The position numbers were made by a program, and so were the translations under genes. This document shows positions 19,615 through 28,778 of a stretch of DNA of 64,000 nt, one piece after another (position 1 is the first letter of the stretch; each line of letters begins with the position of its first letter). The notes below the pieces were generated by a model. It made no database searches. It was not told the DNA's origin and worked only from the letters and a program-made list of their open reading frames with translations. The DNA comes from Bacteroidia bacterium (GTDB lineage Bacteria; Bacteroidota; Bacteroidia; J057; JANRLA01). The DNA lies in NCBI GenBank assembly GCA_033763015.1, contig JANRLA010000131.1:19601-83600 (forward strand), written 5' to 3'.

Positions 19615-20748
19615 ATGGAAGACTACTCGATCGAGCGCGCGAAGGTCAAAAGCGCCGCCCACCTCAAATGTGATAACTGCGGCAGCCCGAACATGACCTG
19701 GAGCGCCGAAAAGCAGGTCATGCTCTGCGATGCCTGCGGCCACGCCATTGCTGTAGAGACAGCGAGCGACATGGTAATCGAACAGAGCTTTTCAGAGGGC
19801 GTTGCCATAAGCCAAAGTGCCGCCAAGGGCTTGGGGGCCGAAAAGAAAAGCTTTACCTGCAACAACTGCGGTGCCGTGACGGTGATAGACCCCACCGAAA
19901 CGGACCTGACCTGCGACTTCTGCACCAGCACCAACGTCAACGTAGAGGCCTTCAGCAACCAGACGATCCAACCGGCGGGCATCCTGCCGTTCAAGATCAC
20001 GAAAAAGGGGGCGGCAGAGGCCTTTGCGGGCTGGATTGGCCGCGGGTGGTTCCACCCCAGTGGGCTGAAAAAGTACGCCGAGGTCGACAAGATGCACGGG
20101 CTGTACATCCCGTTCTGGACCTACGACGCCGACAGTGCCAGCAGCTGGACCGCCGAGGCCGGTTACTACTACTACGAAACCGAAACCTACCGCGACAGCC
20201 AAGGCAACCAGCAAACCCGCCAGGTACAAAAGGTGCGTTGGGTGCCCGCCAGCGGCTACTACCAGCACTGGTTCGACGACGTACTGGTGGCCGGTAGCCA
20301 GGGCATCAAGCAGCGCATGGTCGAGGGCATCTACCCCTTCCCGCTGCAAGAAGTCGTGAACTATGAGCCCAACTTTTTGCTGGGCTGGAAGAGCGAGGTG
20401 TACGGCCTGGATGTACAGGAAGGCTACCAGGTAGCCGAAGACATCATGGATGGGCACATCCGGCAGGAAATCATCAAAACCATCCCCGGCGATACCCACC
20501 GCAACCTGCACGTCAACACCCGTTACACCAACATCACGTTCAAGCACCTGCTGCTGCCTGTTTGGGTGTGCGCCTACCTGTACAACAAGAAAACCTACCA
20601 GGTGCTCATCAACGGCCAAACGGGTAAGATCAGCGGCCAAAAGCCCATCAGCTGGATCAAGGTTACGCTGGCTGTGCTGGTGGTAGCGGCCATTGGGTTC
20701 GCCATCTGGTACTTCACCAAAGGGGCTCAGGGGGCTGGGCCTCAGTAA
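19615..20748 (+). CDS. double zinc-ribbon protein with C-terminal TM anchor (conserved hypothetical)
   Basis: CDNCGS...CDACGH and CNNCGA...CDFCTS ribbons, a roughly 230-aa Tyr/Trp-rich domain, and a terminal TM helix (VTLAVLVVAAIGFAIWYF). The ORF-track extension to 19108 is antisense to the OMP gene and was rejected. Confidence 0.6.
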   Translation: MEDYSIERAKVKSAAHLKCDNCGSPNMTWSAEKQVMLCDACGHAIAVETASDMVIEQSFSEGVAISQSAAKGLGAEKKSFTCNNCGAVTVIDPTETDLTCDFCTSTNVNVEAFSNQTIQPAGILPFKITKKGAAEAFAGWIGRGWFHPSGLKKYAEVDKMHGLYIPFWTYDADSASSWTAEAGYYYYETETYRDSQGNQQTRQVQKVRWVPASGYYQHWFDDVLVAGSQGIKQRMVEGIYPFPLQEVVNYEPNFLLGWKSEVYGLDVQEGYQVAEDIMDGHIRQEIIKTIPGDTHRNLHVNTRYTNITFKHLLLPVWVCAYLYNKKTYQVLINGQTGKISGQKPISWIKVTLAVLVVAAIGFAIWYFTKGAQGAGPQ

Positions 20749-20823
20749 CTTTCAATTCGAACTGAAAATTTTTAGTCGGGCCCTGCCGTTCTGAGCATAG
20801 CCCCGCTAATTTGGGCTTGAGTC

Positions 20824-21876
20824 GTGCAACCTACCCTGCAGGAGCCAACACTTGCACCCCCACGTGCCGAAGAAAGCCCTGTCGCTTCGGCACCCTCGCG
20901 GTTGCGCCTAACCGACATCCAGCGGCCTATCGACCGGCAGCTGCACGAGTTTGAGCAGCACTTTAAAGATGCGCTCACCACCCGCATTGGGCTGCTCGAC
21001 CGGGTGCTGCGCTACATTCTGCGGCGCAAGGGCAAGCAGATGCGGCCCATGTTTGTGCTCCTGAGCGCCGAGGTGTGCGGGGGCATTCAGCCGGCCACCT
21101 ACCGCGGGGCAGCCCTCATTGAGCTCTTGCACACCGCTACGCTGGTGCACGACGATGTGGTGGACGACGCCGACGAGCGCCGAGGCTTTTTCTCGGTCAA
21201 CGCGCTGTGGAAGAACAAGATAGCCGTGTTGGTGGGCGACTTCCTGCTCTCGCGAGGCCTGCTTATGTCGCTCGAGCACGACGACTACGAGCTGTTGAAG
21301 ATTACCTCACGGGCCGTGAAGCTCATGAGCGAAGGCGAGCTGCTGCAGATGGAAAAAAGCCGTACGCTCAACATAGACGAGCCGGTGTACTACGACATCA
21401 TTCGGCAAAAGACCGCGTCGCTCATCGCATCCTGCTGCGAGACCGGTGCCGCCAGTACCGGCGCCGATACCGCCACCCAGGAGCGCATGCGCCGCTTTGG
21501 CGAGCTGGTGGGTATGGCTTTTCAGATCAAAGACGACCTGTTCGACTACGGGGTATCGGGCATTGATGTGGGCAAGCCCATTGGCACCGACCTGAAAGAG
21601 AAGAAGATTACGCTACCCTTGCTCTATGTGCTCAACCGCTCTTCGGGCGGTGAGCGGCGGCGGCTCATGCACATCGTGAAGCAGAAACGCCAAAAGGCCG
21701 CCGACATCCGCTGGTTGGTGCAGACCGTGGTGGCCGGTGGGGGCATTGCCTATGCCCAGACAACCATGCTGCGGTTTGCCGACGAAGCCTTGGCCCTACT
21801 CGATAGTTTTACGCCTTCTGAGGCCCGCGGTGCCCTGCGCGACCTGGTGAGGTATACCATCCACCGCGATAAGTAG
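20824..21876 (+). CDS. ispB: polyprenyl (octaprenyl-type) diphosphate synthase
   Basis: First aspartate-rich motif LVHDDVVDDADERRG and second motif FQIKDDLFD. Confidence 0.85.
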   Translation: MQPTLQEPTLAPPRAEESPVASAPSRLRLTDIQRPIDRQLHEFEQHFKDALTTRIGLLDRVLRYILRRKGKQMRPMFVLLSAEVCGGIQPATYRGAALIELLHTATLVHDDVVDDADERRGFFSVNALWKNKIAVLVGDFLLSRGLLMSLEHDDYELLKITSRAVKLMSEGELLQMEKSRTLNIDEPVYYDIIRQKTASLIASCCETGAASTGADTATQERMRRFGELVGMAFQIKDDLFDYGVSGIDVGKPIGTDLKEKKITLPLLYVLNRSSGGERRRLMHIVKQKRQKAADIRWLVQTVVAGGGIAYAQTTMLRFADEALALLDSFTPSEARGALRDLVRYTIHRDK

Positions 21877-21913
21877 CCCTAAAACGCACGCCTGGCGACC
21901 GAAGTACCGGGTT

Positions 21914-21929
21914 TTGCAAAATTTTGCAA
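21914..21929. promoter_or_regulatory. perfect 16-bp palindrome TTGCAAAATTTTGCAA upstream of tolC operon (candidate operator)
   Basis: The sequence is its own reverse complement. It is followed by a TGCAACC direct repeat (21926-21932 and 21936-21942) and lies 93-108 nt upstream of ATG 22022. Confidence 0.5.
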
Positions 21930-22021
21930 CCCGACTGCAACCTGGGCTACCCAATGGGGTCTTTTGCAGTGGTTTTAGGCTTCGGCCCACCCACTACCAA
22001 CGGTTCAACCCCTTACCTACC

Positions 22022-23401
22022 ATGCGTTTGCAGGTTTTCGTCATTGCATGCCTAGTCGGCATGGCCACCACACTGGCTGCCCAGCAGCGCCAAGAGCTCA
22101 CGTTGCAGCAATGCATTGACCTGGCACTGGAAAACAACCTGAGCCTTAAGCGCCAGGAAAACACAGTTAAACAGAACGAATGGGCCGTATGGCAGAGCAA
22201 AATGGCCTTTTTGCCCACGCTGAATGGTAGGATCAACTACAACTTCAATACCGGTACGGTATTTAACCAGGTGACCTTCCAACGGGAAGAGAACCAAACC
22301 ACGGCGTTTTCAAGCCCCTCACTTAGCACCAGCCTTAACCTGTTCGATGGGCTAAGCCGCTACAAAACGTACAAGCAAAACCAGGCAGCTTTGGAGGCCA
22401 GCCAAGAGGGCCTTACCCGTCAACGTAACCTCATCCTCACTCAGCTCTTGCAGGCCTACCTGAACGTGGTCGTTGACAAGTCGAACGTAACTATCTCAGA
22501 GCGCAGGATCGAGCTGTTGCGGCAACAGGAAGCCCGGCAGCGGCAGTTATTCCAAGCGGGTACTGCCGTAGAAGCCGATGTACTGAACATTACGAGCCAA
22601 CTGGCCGTCGAGGAGTTGAACCTGCTTCGGAGCCAAAACCAGTTGGAGCGAGATAAACTAACCCTCTTGCAGACCGTAATCCCTGCATCGCAGTGGGGCT
22701 CAACTGTCTACGACTTTGCGACTGTCGATACCAACCTGGTAAGCATTGATTACCGCTCGGTAACACTCCCTTCACTTGCCGAGGTTGAGGCAACAGCCCT
22801 GACCAGCCAGCCGGATCTGCGCCAGCAGGAGCTGCTCGTACAAGCCAGCAAGCTGGGCATTGGGGCGGCAAAAGCCGACAAGTACCCTACCCTTGACTTT
22901 TCGGGCAGTTTACAGAGCAACTATGCTACCAATGGTGGTTTCCCTGACCCCGTTACGCTTGAGCCGCGCAATGGGTACTTGCAACAGCTTGACGACAACT
23001 TCAACTACTCCTACGGCTTTTCGGTCACCATACCGCTCTTCAACAACGGTAGGGTTAAGCAGGCCGTAGAAAATGCCAAAATCCAGAAGAACACCGCCGA
23101 GGTTGCCTTTGAAGAAACCCGTAACACCCTGATTACCAATGTGCGACAGGCGTACCTAGACTTGTTGGCCGCGCGGCAACGGATTGAGAGCCTTGACCGG
23201 CAGCTGACGGCTACCATCCGTGCGTACCAGAACGCCGAGGCACGGTTCAACCAGGGCCTCATTGACTACTACGCCTACTTTGAGGCACTCAACAACCAAA
23301 GCCGCCTAGAGGCCGAGCAGGTGCAAAGCCGCTACGAATTCTTCTTCCGCAAGAAGGTCATCGATTTCTACATGGGCCGCGACCTTCGTTTCGACCAGTA
23401 A
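22022..23401 (+). CDS. tolC: TolC-family outer-membrane efflux protein
   Basis: Signal peptide (MRLQVFVIACLVGMATTLAAQ) followed by two repeats of the OEP alpha-helical/beta pattern (LTLQQCIDLALENNLSLK and others). Confidence 0.85.
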   Translation: MRLQVFVIACLVGMATTLAAQQRQELTLQQCIDLALENNLSLKRQENTVKQNEWAVWQSKMAFLPTLNGRINYNFNTGTVFNQVTFQREENQTTAFSSPSLSTSLNLFDGLSRYKTYKQNQAALEASQEGLTRQRNLILTQLLQAYLNVVVDKSNVTISERRIELLRQQEARQRQLFQAGTAVEADVLNITSQLAVEELNLLRSQNQLERDKLTLLQTVIPASQWGSTVYDFATVDTNLVSIDYRSVTLPSLAEVEATALTSQPDLRQQELLVQASKLGIGAAKADKYPTLDFSGSLQSNYATNGGFPDPVTLEPRNGYLQQLDDNFNYSYGFSVTIPLFNNGRVKQAVENAKIQKNTAEVAFEETRNTLITNVRQAYLDLLAARQRIESLDRQLTATIRAYQNAEARFNQGLIDYYAYFEALNNQSRLEAEQVQSRYEFFFRKKVIDFYMGRDLRFDQ

Positions 23402-23442
23402 CCTGCCCCTACACACACATCCACTACCCCACCTCTGTTAAG

Positions 23443-24843
23443 ATGAAACGCCGTTTGAATTGGAAGGTCCTCACCCTCGTTGGGGCTGTAGTACTGATCG
23501 TTGCCGTGGTACTTTGGAAAAAGCGGCAGCCGGATGGCATCTCGGTTGAAGTCGAGCGGGCCGCCAAACGCACCCTGGTGAGCAAGGTGTCGGAATCGGG
23601 CACCATCCAGCCCGACCTGGAAGTCTCCATCGGCCCCGACGTTTCGGGCGAGCTGGTACAGCTGCTGGTGAAGGAGGGCGACTTCGTGAAGAAAGGCCAA
23701 CTGCTCTTCACCATCAACCCCGAAAACCTTCAGGCTGCTTACGAGCAAACCGTGGCCTCGTACAACAGTAGCCGCGCCGACTACGAAAGCGCCAAAGCCG
23801 CCCTGGCCCAACAAGAAGCCAACCTGAAGCAGGACTCTGTGAACCTGGCCCGGAACAAACAGCTCCGCGACCAGGGGGCAATTTCGGCCCAGGACTTCGA
23901 CAACTCGCGCCTGGCCTACGAAGTGCGGAAAGAGCAGGTAGAAGCCCAGCGCCAGACGGTGCAAGCGGCCTACTTCCGCACCCAAAGCACCGGGGCTTCG
24001 GTCCGCCAAAGCCGCGAAAGCCTTACCCGTACCAGTGTGTATGCTTCGATGGACGGGGTGGTAACCTACATGAAGGCCGAGGTAGGCCAGCGGGTTGTAG
24101 GCTTTGGCCAGATGGCGGGCACCGAGGTGGTACGCATTGCCGACCTGACGAAAATGGAAGTGAAGGTGAACATCAACGAAAACGACATTGTGAACATGAG
24201 CCTGGGCGACAGCGCCGATGTGGAGGTGGACGCCTTCCCGGGCCGCAAATTCAAGGGCATTGTGACCAAGATCTCGTACTCTTCCAGCAGCCTGGCCTCG
24301 GCCTCATCGGCCACCGGGGGGGCAACGTCGGACCAGGTTACGACCTACCCGGTCGAAATCCTGATCAAGCCCGAGAGCTACAACCAAGACCCCGAGCTGA
24401 TGAAGGGGCTCAAGGCGCACCAAAGCCCGTTCCGCCCCGGCATGTCGGCCCTGGTGTACGTATACACCGACCGTGTGGAAGATACCTGGACCGTACCCAT
24501 CCAGGCCGTAACGGTAGAAAAGCTTGGCCCGATGGGTGGCGATGGGGGCAATGGCCCCAACGGTGGGCCTGCAGGCAACACTGCGGCGCTGGGCACTGCC
24601 AAGGAGATTGTATACCTACTGCAACCCGACAACACCGTGAAGACGCAGTACGTAACCACGGGGCTTGCCGATGAGCAGTACATCCAGATCCGCGAAGGCA
24701 TATCCGATTCGCTTAAGCTGGTTACGGGGCCCTACACAGCCGTCTCGAAAACACTGCGCGACGGTGCCAAGGTGATTGTGAAAGAAGGCCCCAAACCGGG
24801 TGGCCGCCCCCAAGGTGCACAGGTGGTGCGGCGGGCACAGTAA
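23443..24843 (+). CDS. efflux transporter periplasmic adaptor (HlyD/MacA-like membrane fusion protein)
   Basis: N-terminal TM helix, a biotinyl-lipoyl-like segment (GELVQLLVKEGDFVKKGQLLFTI), a long coiled-coil hairpin, and beta-barrel segments. Confidence 0.8.
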   Translation: MKRRLNWKVLTLVGAVVLIVAVVLWKKRQPDGISVEVERAAKRTLVSKVSESGTIQPDLEVSIGPDVSGELVQLLVKEGDFVKKGQLLFTINPENLQAAYEQTVASYNSSRADYESAKAALAQQEANLKQDSVNLARNKQLRDQGAISAQDFDNSRLAYEVRKEQVEAQRQTVQAAYFRTQSTGASVRQSRESLTRTSVYASMDGVVTYMKAEVGQRVVGFGQMAGTEVVRIADLTKMEVKVNINENDIVNMSLGDSADVEVDAFPGRKFKGIVTKISYSSSSLASASSATGGATSDQVTTYPVEILIKPESYNQDPELMKGLKAHQSPFRPGMSALVYVYTDRVEDTWTVPIQAVTVEKLGPMGGDGGNGPNGGPAGNTAALGTAKEIVYLLQPDNTVKTQYVTTGLADEQYIQIREGISDSLKLVTGPYTAVSKTLRDGAKVIVKEGPKPGGRPQGAQVVRRAQ

Positions 24844-24872
24844 CTTGTGCCGCGAACAGAACACGGTGTATT

Positions 24873-25868
24873 GTGGCTGAGAACGAAACGGTTGCGGTCG
24901 TCGGCGGTGGTAGCTGGGCGACCGCACTGGTTTGGCTCCTGACCCATAATGGCCATACCGTACACTGGTGGCTACGGTCGGCCGAAAGCCGCACCCACTT
25001 GGCAGCCACGGGCCGCAACCCCAGATACCTGCCCCAGGTGCAGCTACCGCTCGAACAGCTGGTGCTACCCGAGCACCTGCCCGATGCACTCGCGGGCGCA
25101 ACGCGCACCTTGCTGGCGGTACCCTCTGCCTACATAGAGGCTACACTGGCGCAGGTACCACCGGCAGCCGTACAGGGTTCCGCAGTGGGTTCGGCTATTA
25201 AGGGTCTGGTGCCCAGCACCGGTGAACGCATTTCTGACTACTGCCAGCGTGTATGGGGCCTGCCGCCCGAGGCCTACACCGTAGTGACGGGCCCCAGCCA
25301 CGCCGAAGAGGTCGTGCGCGGGCAGCTTACGTTCCTCACCTGTGGCTCGGTAAGCGCCGCGCAAGCCAAGGGCTGGGCAGTCTGCCTGGCCAGCCCTACA
25401 GTAGTTACTGTGGGCTCTGACGATGTGGAGGGCCTTGAATTCTCGGGCGTCTTAAAGAACGTGTACGCCCTGGCGGTGGGGCTGGCACTGGGCCTGGGGT
25501 ACGGCGACAACTTCAGGGCCGTACTGGCCTCGGCCTGCATCCGCGAACTGGAGACGTACCTGGCGCAGGCGCACCCCAACCCAGCCCGTGTGGTCACCGA
25601 TTCGGCCTACTTGGGCGACCTACTCGTAACGGCCTACAGCGAACATAGCCGTAACCGCCAGTTGGGCTACCGTGTGGGGGCCGGCCAGACCCCCGCCGAA
25701 GCCTTGGCCCACATGGGCATGATCGCCGAGGGCTACTCGGTTGTTCGGGTACTGATTGAGGTTTTGGGCCTGACCAACCTGCCCATTGCCCAGGCGGTGT
25801 ACAACGTAGTACACCAGGGCCTGCCGCCCCAAAAGGCATTGCTAGACCTGGCCCCTACGTTTAGGTAG
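24873..25868 (+). CDS. gpsA: NAD(P)H-dependent glycerol-3-phosphate dehydrogenase
   Basis: VAVVGGGSWATAL dinucleotide fold, the GLKNVYALAVG-like segment and AEGYSVV near the C-terminus. Confidence 0.85.
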   Translation: MAENETVAVVGGGSWATALVWLLTHNGHTVHWWLRSAESRTHLAATGRNPRYLPQVQLPLEQLVLPEHLPDALAGATRTLLAVPSAYIEATLAQVPPAAVQGSAVGSAIKGLVPSTGERISDYCQRVWGLPPEAYTVVTGPSHAEEVVRGQLTFLTCGSVSAAQAKGWAVCLASPTVVTVGSDDVEGLEFSGVLKNVYALAVGLALGLGYGDNFRAVLASACIRELETYLAQAHPNPARVVTDSAYLGDLLVTAYSEHSRNRQLGYRVGAGQTPAEALAHMGMIAEGYSVVRVLIEVLGLTNLPIAQAVYNVVHQGLPPQKALLDLAPTFR

Positions 25869-25869
25869 G

Positions 25870-26328
25870 CTAGCGAGCCCCCGTAAGGTGGGCCAGGAAG
25901 GCACTGGTGCTACGCGAAATTTGCTGGAAGACGGCCTCGAAGTCGGCATCGGTGCCCCAGTAGGGGTCGGGTACTTCGTGCACACCCTGGGGGTCAAACT
26001 GCCCCAAGAGCAAAAGCTCGCCCTGAACGGGGCCCAGCGCAGCCACGTTGGCCAGGTTCTGGCGGTCCATGCAGAGTATGTACCCATGCGACACCAGGTC
26101 GCGCGGGGTGATTTGCCGCGCTAACGAGGGCAGCAAAACCCCGTGCTTCGCGGCAACGGCCCGCGACCGCGGGTCGGGCAGCTCACCGGCATGCCAGTCG
26201 CCCGTGCCCGCCGAATCCGCCGAAAACTGGTGGCTCAAGCCCGCCTTGGCTACCTGGTGCACAAAAAGGCCCTCGGCCAGCGGTGAACGGCAAATGTTAC
26301 CCAGACAGACGAAGAGAACAGACGTCAT
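25870..26328 (-). CDS. low-molecular-weight protein-tyrosine phosphatase
   Basis: P-loop VLFVCLGNICRSPLAEG and a DPYWG-type aspartate loop (VPDPYWG). Confidence 0.9.
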   Translation of the reverse strand: MTSVLFVCLGNICRSPLAEGLFVHQVAKAGLSHQFSADSAGTGDWHAGELPDPRSRAVAAKHGVLLPSLARQITPRDLVSHGYILCMDRQNLANVAALGPVQGELLLLGQFDPQGVHEVPDPYWGTDADFEAVFQQISRSTSAFLAHLTGAR

Positions 26329-26344
26329 ACGGCGCTACCATGAA

Positions 26345-26370
26345 AAAAGGCAGCCCGAAGACTGCCTTTT
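26345..26370 (-). terminator. rho-independent terminator downstream of the gldJ-like gene
   Basis: Minus-strand RNA reads AAAAGGCAG-UCUUCGGG-CUGCCUUUU followed by further U residues. It lies 20 nt after the stop codon at 26390. Confidence 0.75.
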
Positions 26371-26389
26371 CATTACTCGTTAAGAAAGG

Positions 26390-27679
26390 TTACTTCTTGC
26401 GGGCTTTGGCATCGGGTGCGCTGCCAACGCGAATCATCGCGCAGCGGAAACCAATGCTAGAGGTGCCTTTGTCGGCGTACTCAAACCGGCGGGTACCCGT
26501 GGTGATGTAGTAGGCGACGTCTGACCAGCTACCGCCACGGTACACTTTAACGTTATCAAAGCCATCGGCTTCGTGTTCGCCGTAGTACTGAAGCTCGATG
26601 CGGCTGGGGCGGTAAATGGGTTTGCCAGCGGCGGTATCGGGTGCATACTGGCGGTACAGGATCGAATAGCCACCGGGCTGAGGTGCGTAGCTACCTGCAC
26701 CGGGTTTACCACCACCGTCTGAACGAGACTGGTCTTCGGCAGTAACAGCACTACCGGTGACGCCGCGGCGACGGGCAGGATTGAGGTCTTCTACGTCTTC
26801 GTATGATAGCTTGCGGTAGGTATCGAACGTCCACTCCGCAACGTTGCCGGCCATATTGTACAGGCCAAAGTCGTTGGGCGGGAAGGCACGTACCGGGGCA
26901 GGCACCGAATACCCGTCGTTTAGACCGTTTTCGCGGGTGTTGCGGCCACTGTTCGATTGGCCCGAGTAATCGCCACGGCCGTGCTTGAAGTTGGCCAAGA
27001 ACTCACCGTCCAGGTTGCGAAGACTTTTGCCTTCCCAGGGGTAAAGGGTTTGCTCCAAGCCACCCCGAGCAGCGTACTCCCATTCTGCCTCGGTAGGCAG
27101 GCGGAACGAAGGTAGTCTAACTGTATCGCGCCCTTTCTGAGATCTGACTTCGTTTACGCGAGCCGTTCGCCATGCACAGTAAGCATTAGCCTGATACCAG
27201 TTAACCCCAACCACAGGGTAGGTATTGAAACCAGGGTGGTCGAAATAATTTTCTAAGAGTGGGTCGTTGTATGCCAAATCCCGGAACCAAACGGTTTTAT
27301 CGGGCACAACAGCATTGACATAGTCAGCACCACTATCGGCAACCCCAAACAAAAACTCTTTCCAGTCAAGGTTTGAAACCTCAGTTTCGTCAATCAGAAA
27401 ACTGGTGACCGTTACCTGGCGGGCGCGGCTGTCGTTGCTGTAGGCGAAGTTTTCTTCGCTGCCGCCCATGATAAAGGTGCCGCCTTCGATGAAGACCATG
27501 CCCGGTGCAAGTTCAGCAGGCTTGTACTCAGGCAAAAAGTTGCCACCGCCAATGTCTTTGTAGGCTACACCTGTCTTGCTACTGGCAGACCCAACATCGT
27601 CTAGGCTATTGCCCGAACCGCAACCAGCCAGGAGTGCAAGGCTGCACAGCAATACGACTGGTAGAAAACGTAGCTTCAT
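26390..27679 (-). CDS. gldJ: SUMF1/FGE-fold lipoprotein, GldJ-like gliding-motility protein (429 aa)
   Basis: Lipoprotein signal (LALLAGCGSG). PGMVFIEGGTFIMGG, SFLIDETEVSN, HPGFNTYPVVGVNWYQANAYCAWRTARVNE and NVAEWT motifs resemble GldJ/GldK. Standalone gene, shorter than the roughly 560-aa Flavobacterium GldJ as I recall it. Confidence 0.6.
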   Translation of the reverse strand: MKLRFLPVVLLCSLALLAGCGSGNSLDDVGSASSKTGVAYKDIGGGNFLPEYKPAELAPGMVFIEGGTFIMGGSEENFAYSNDSRARQVTVTSFLIDETEVSNLDWKEFLFGVADSGADYVNAVVPDKTVWFRDLAYNDPLLENYFDHPGFNTYPVVGVNWYQANAYCAWRTARVNEVRSQKGRDTVRLPSFRLPTEAEWEYAARGGLEQTLYPWEGKSLRNLDGEFLANFKHGRGDYSGQSNSGRNTRENGLNDGYSVPAPVRAFPPNDFGLYNMAGNVAEWTFDTYRKLSYEDVEDLNPARRRGVTGSAVTAEDQSRSDGGGKPGAGSYAPQPGGYSILYRQYAPDTAAGKPIYRPSRIELQYYGEHEADGFDNVKVYRGGSWSDVAYYITTGTRRFEYADKGTSSIGFRCAMIRVGSAPDAKARKK

Positions 27680-27703
27680 AGGGTAGGGTGTAGAGGGTTT
27701 GCG

Positions 27704-27711
27704 CAAATATA
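27704..27711 (-). promoter_or_regulatory. -7 promoter box TATATTTG for the gldJ-like gene
   Basis: Perfect TAnnTTTG on the minus strand, 24 nt upstream of ATG 27679. Confidence 0.55.
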
Positions 27712-27979
27712 GGTTCCGCTCTGAAAGCAACCAATGTGCCGAGATTCGAATAGACACTGCGTAGTGGGCTGAAAATCTGGTAAATGCACGGCTAGCCGCA
27801 AGCGGTGAACGAAAGTACATAGTTCGGGCGATGGCGCAATTGAGCAGAGCAAAAAAGCCGTTCCTACTGTGGGTAAGCAGTTGCTGGGGACGAGGGTTTA
27901 TCCACAATTGACGGCAGTTGAGCACCTTGCTGTTCGTTTTGCGCTCAAAAACAGGGCCAGAACCCGCCCTCACCCCGGT

Positions 27980-28768
27980 ATGCCACCCGACTCAACCCTG
28001 CCCCCGCGCCTGTACGGGCTGGTGGGCAAAGCCCTGGGCCACAGCTTGAGCCCACAATTTTTTAACGAAAAGTTCTTGCGCCTGGGGCTACCCCACCGGT
28101 ACCAGGCCTTCGAGCTGCCCACTGTAGAGGGCGTGGCCGACTTGATTGGACGACACCCCGACTTGTGCGGATTTAACGTTACGGTGCCCTACAAACAGGC
28201 CATTGTTCCCCTGCTCACCGAAGTCGTGGGCCCTGCAGCCCGTGCGACGGGTGCCGTAAACTGCGCGGTGGTGGCCAGTGGGCGCCTGTTGGGCTACAAC
28301 ACCGACGTGGCCGGTGTCTGGGCCAGCCTGGAACAACTACTACCAACGGGGTTCCGGGGCCCGGCACTGGTACTGGGTACCGGGGGGGCCGCCCAGGCAG
28401 TGGGCTACGCGCTGGCGCAGTGGGCGCGCGGGCCCATCCCGTTTCGGTACGTCAGCCGAAGCCCAGGGCCGGGCGTTCTGGCTTACACCGACCTAACCCC
28501 AGACCTGGTTGCAGAAACACCCCTACTAGTGCAAACGACACCCCTGGGGATGTACCCGGCGGTAGAAGGGCTGCCACAGCTGCCCTACGCAGCCCTGGGC
28601 CCAGGCCATTTTCTGCTTGACCTTGTGTACAACCCCCGCGAGACTAGGTTCCTGGCCCAGGGGCGGGCCCAGGGTGCACAGGTGCTGGGGGGCCTACCCA
28701 TGCTCTACGCCCAGGCCGAAGCCAGCTGGGCGATCTGGAACGGCACCGCCCCACCCACTGCCGGGTAA
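27980..28768 (+). CDS. aroE: shikimate dehydrogenase
   Basis: LYGLVGKALGHSLSPQFFN and GFNVTVPYK motifs, plus the NTD and GTGGAA Rossmann segment. Confidence 0.85.
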   Translation: MPPDSTLPPRLYGLVGKALGHSLSPQFFNEKFLRLGLPHRYQAFELPTVEGVADLIGRHPDLCGFNVTVPYKQAIVPLLTEVVGPAARATGAVNCAVVASGRLLGYNTDVAGVWASLEQLLPTGFRGPALVLGTGGAAQAVGYALAQWARGPIPFRYVSRSPGPGVLAYTDLTPDLVAETPLLVQTTPLGMYPAVEGLPQLPYAALGPGHFLLDLVYNPRETRFLAQGRAQGAQVLGGLPMLYAQAEASWAIWNGTAPPTAG

Positions 28769-28778
28769 CTTCGTGGCC

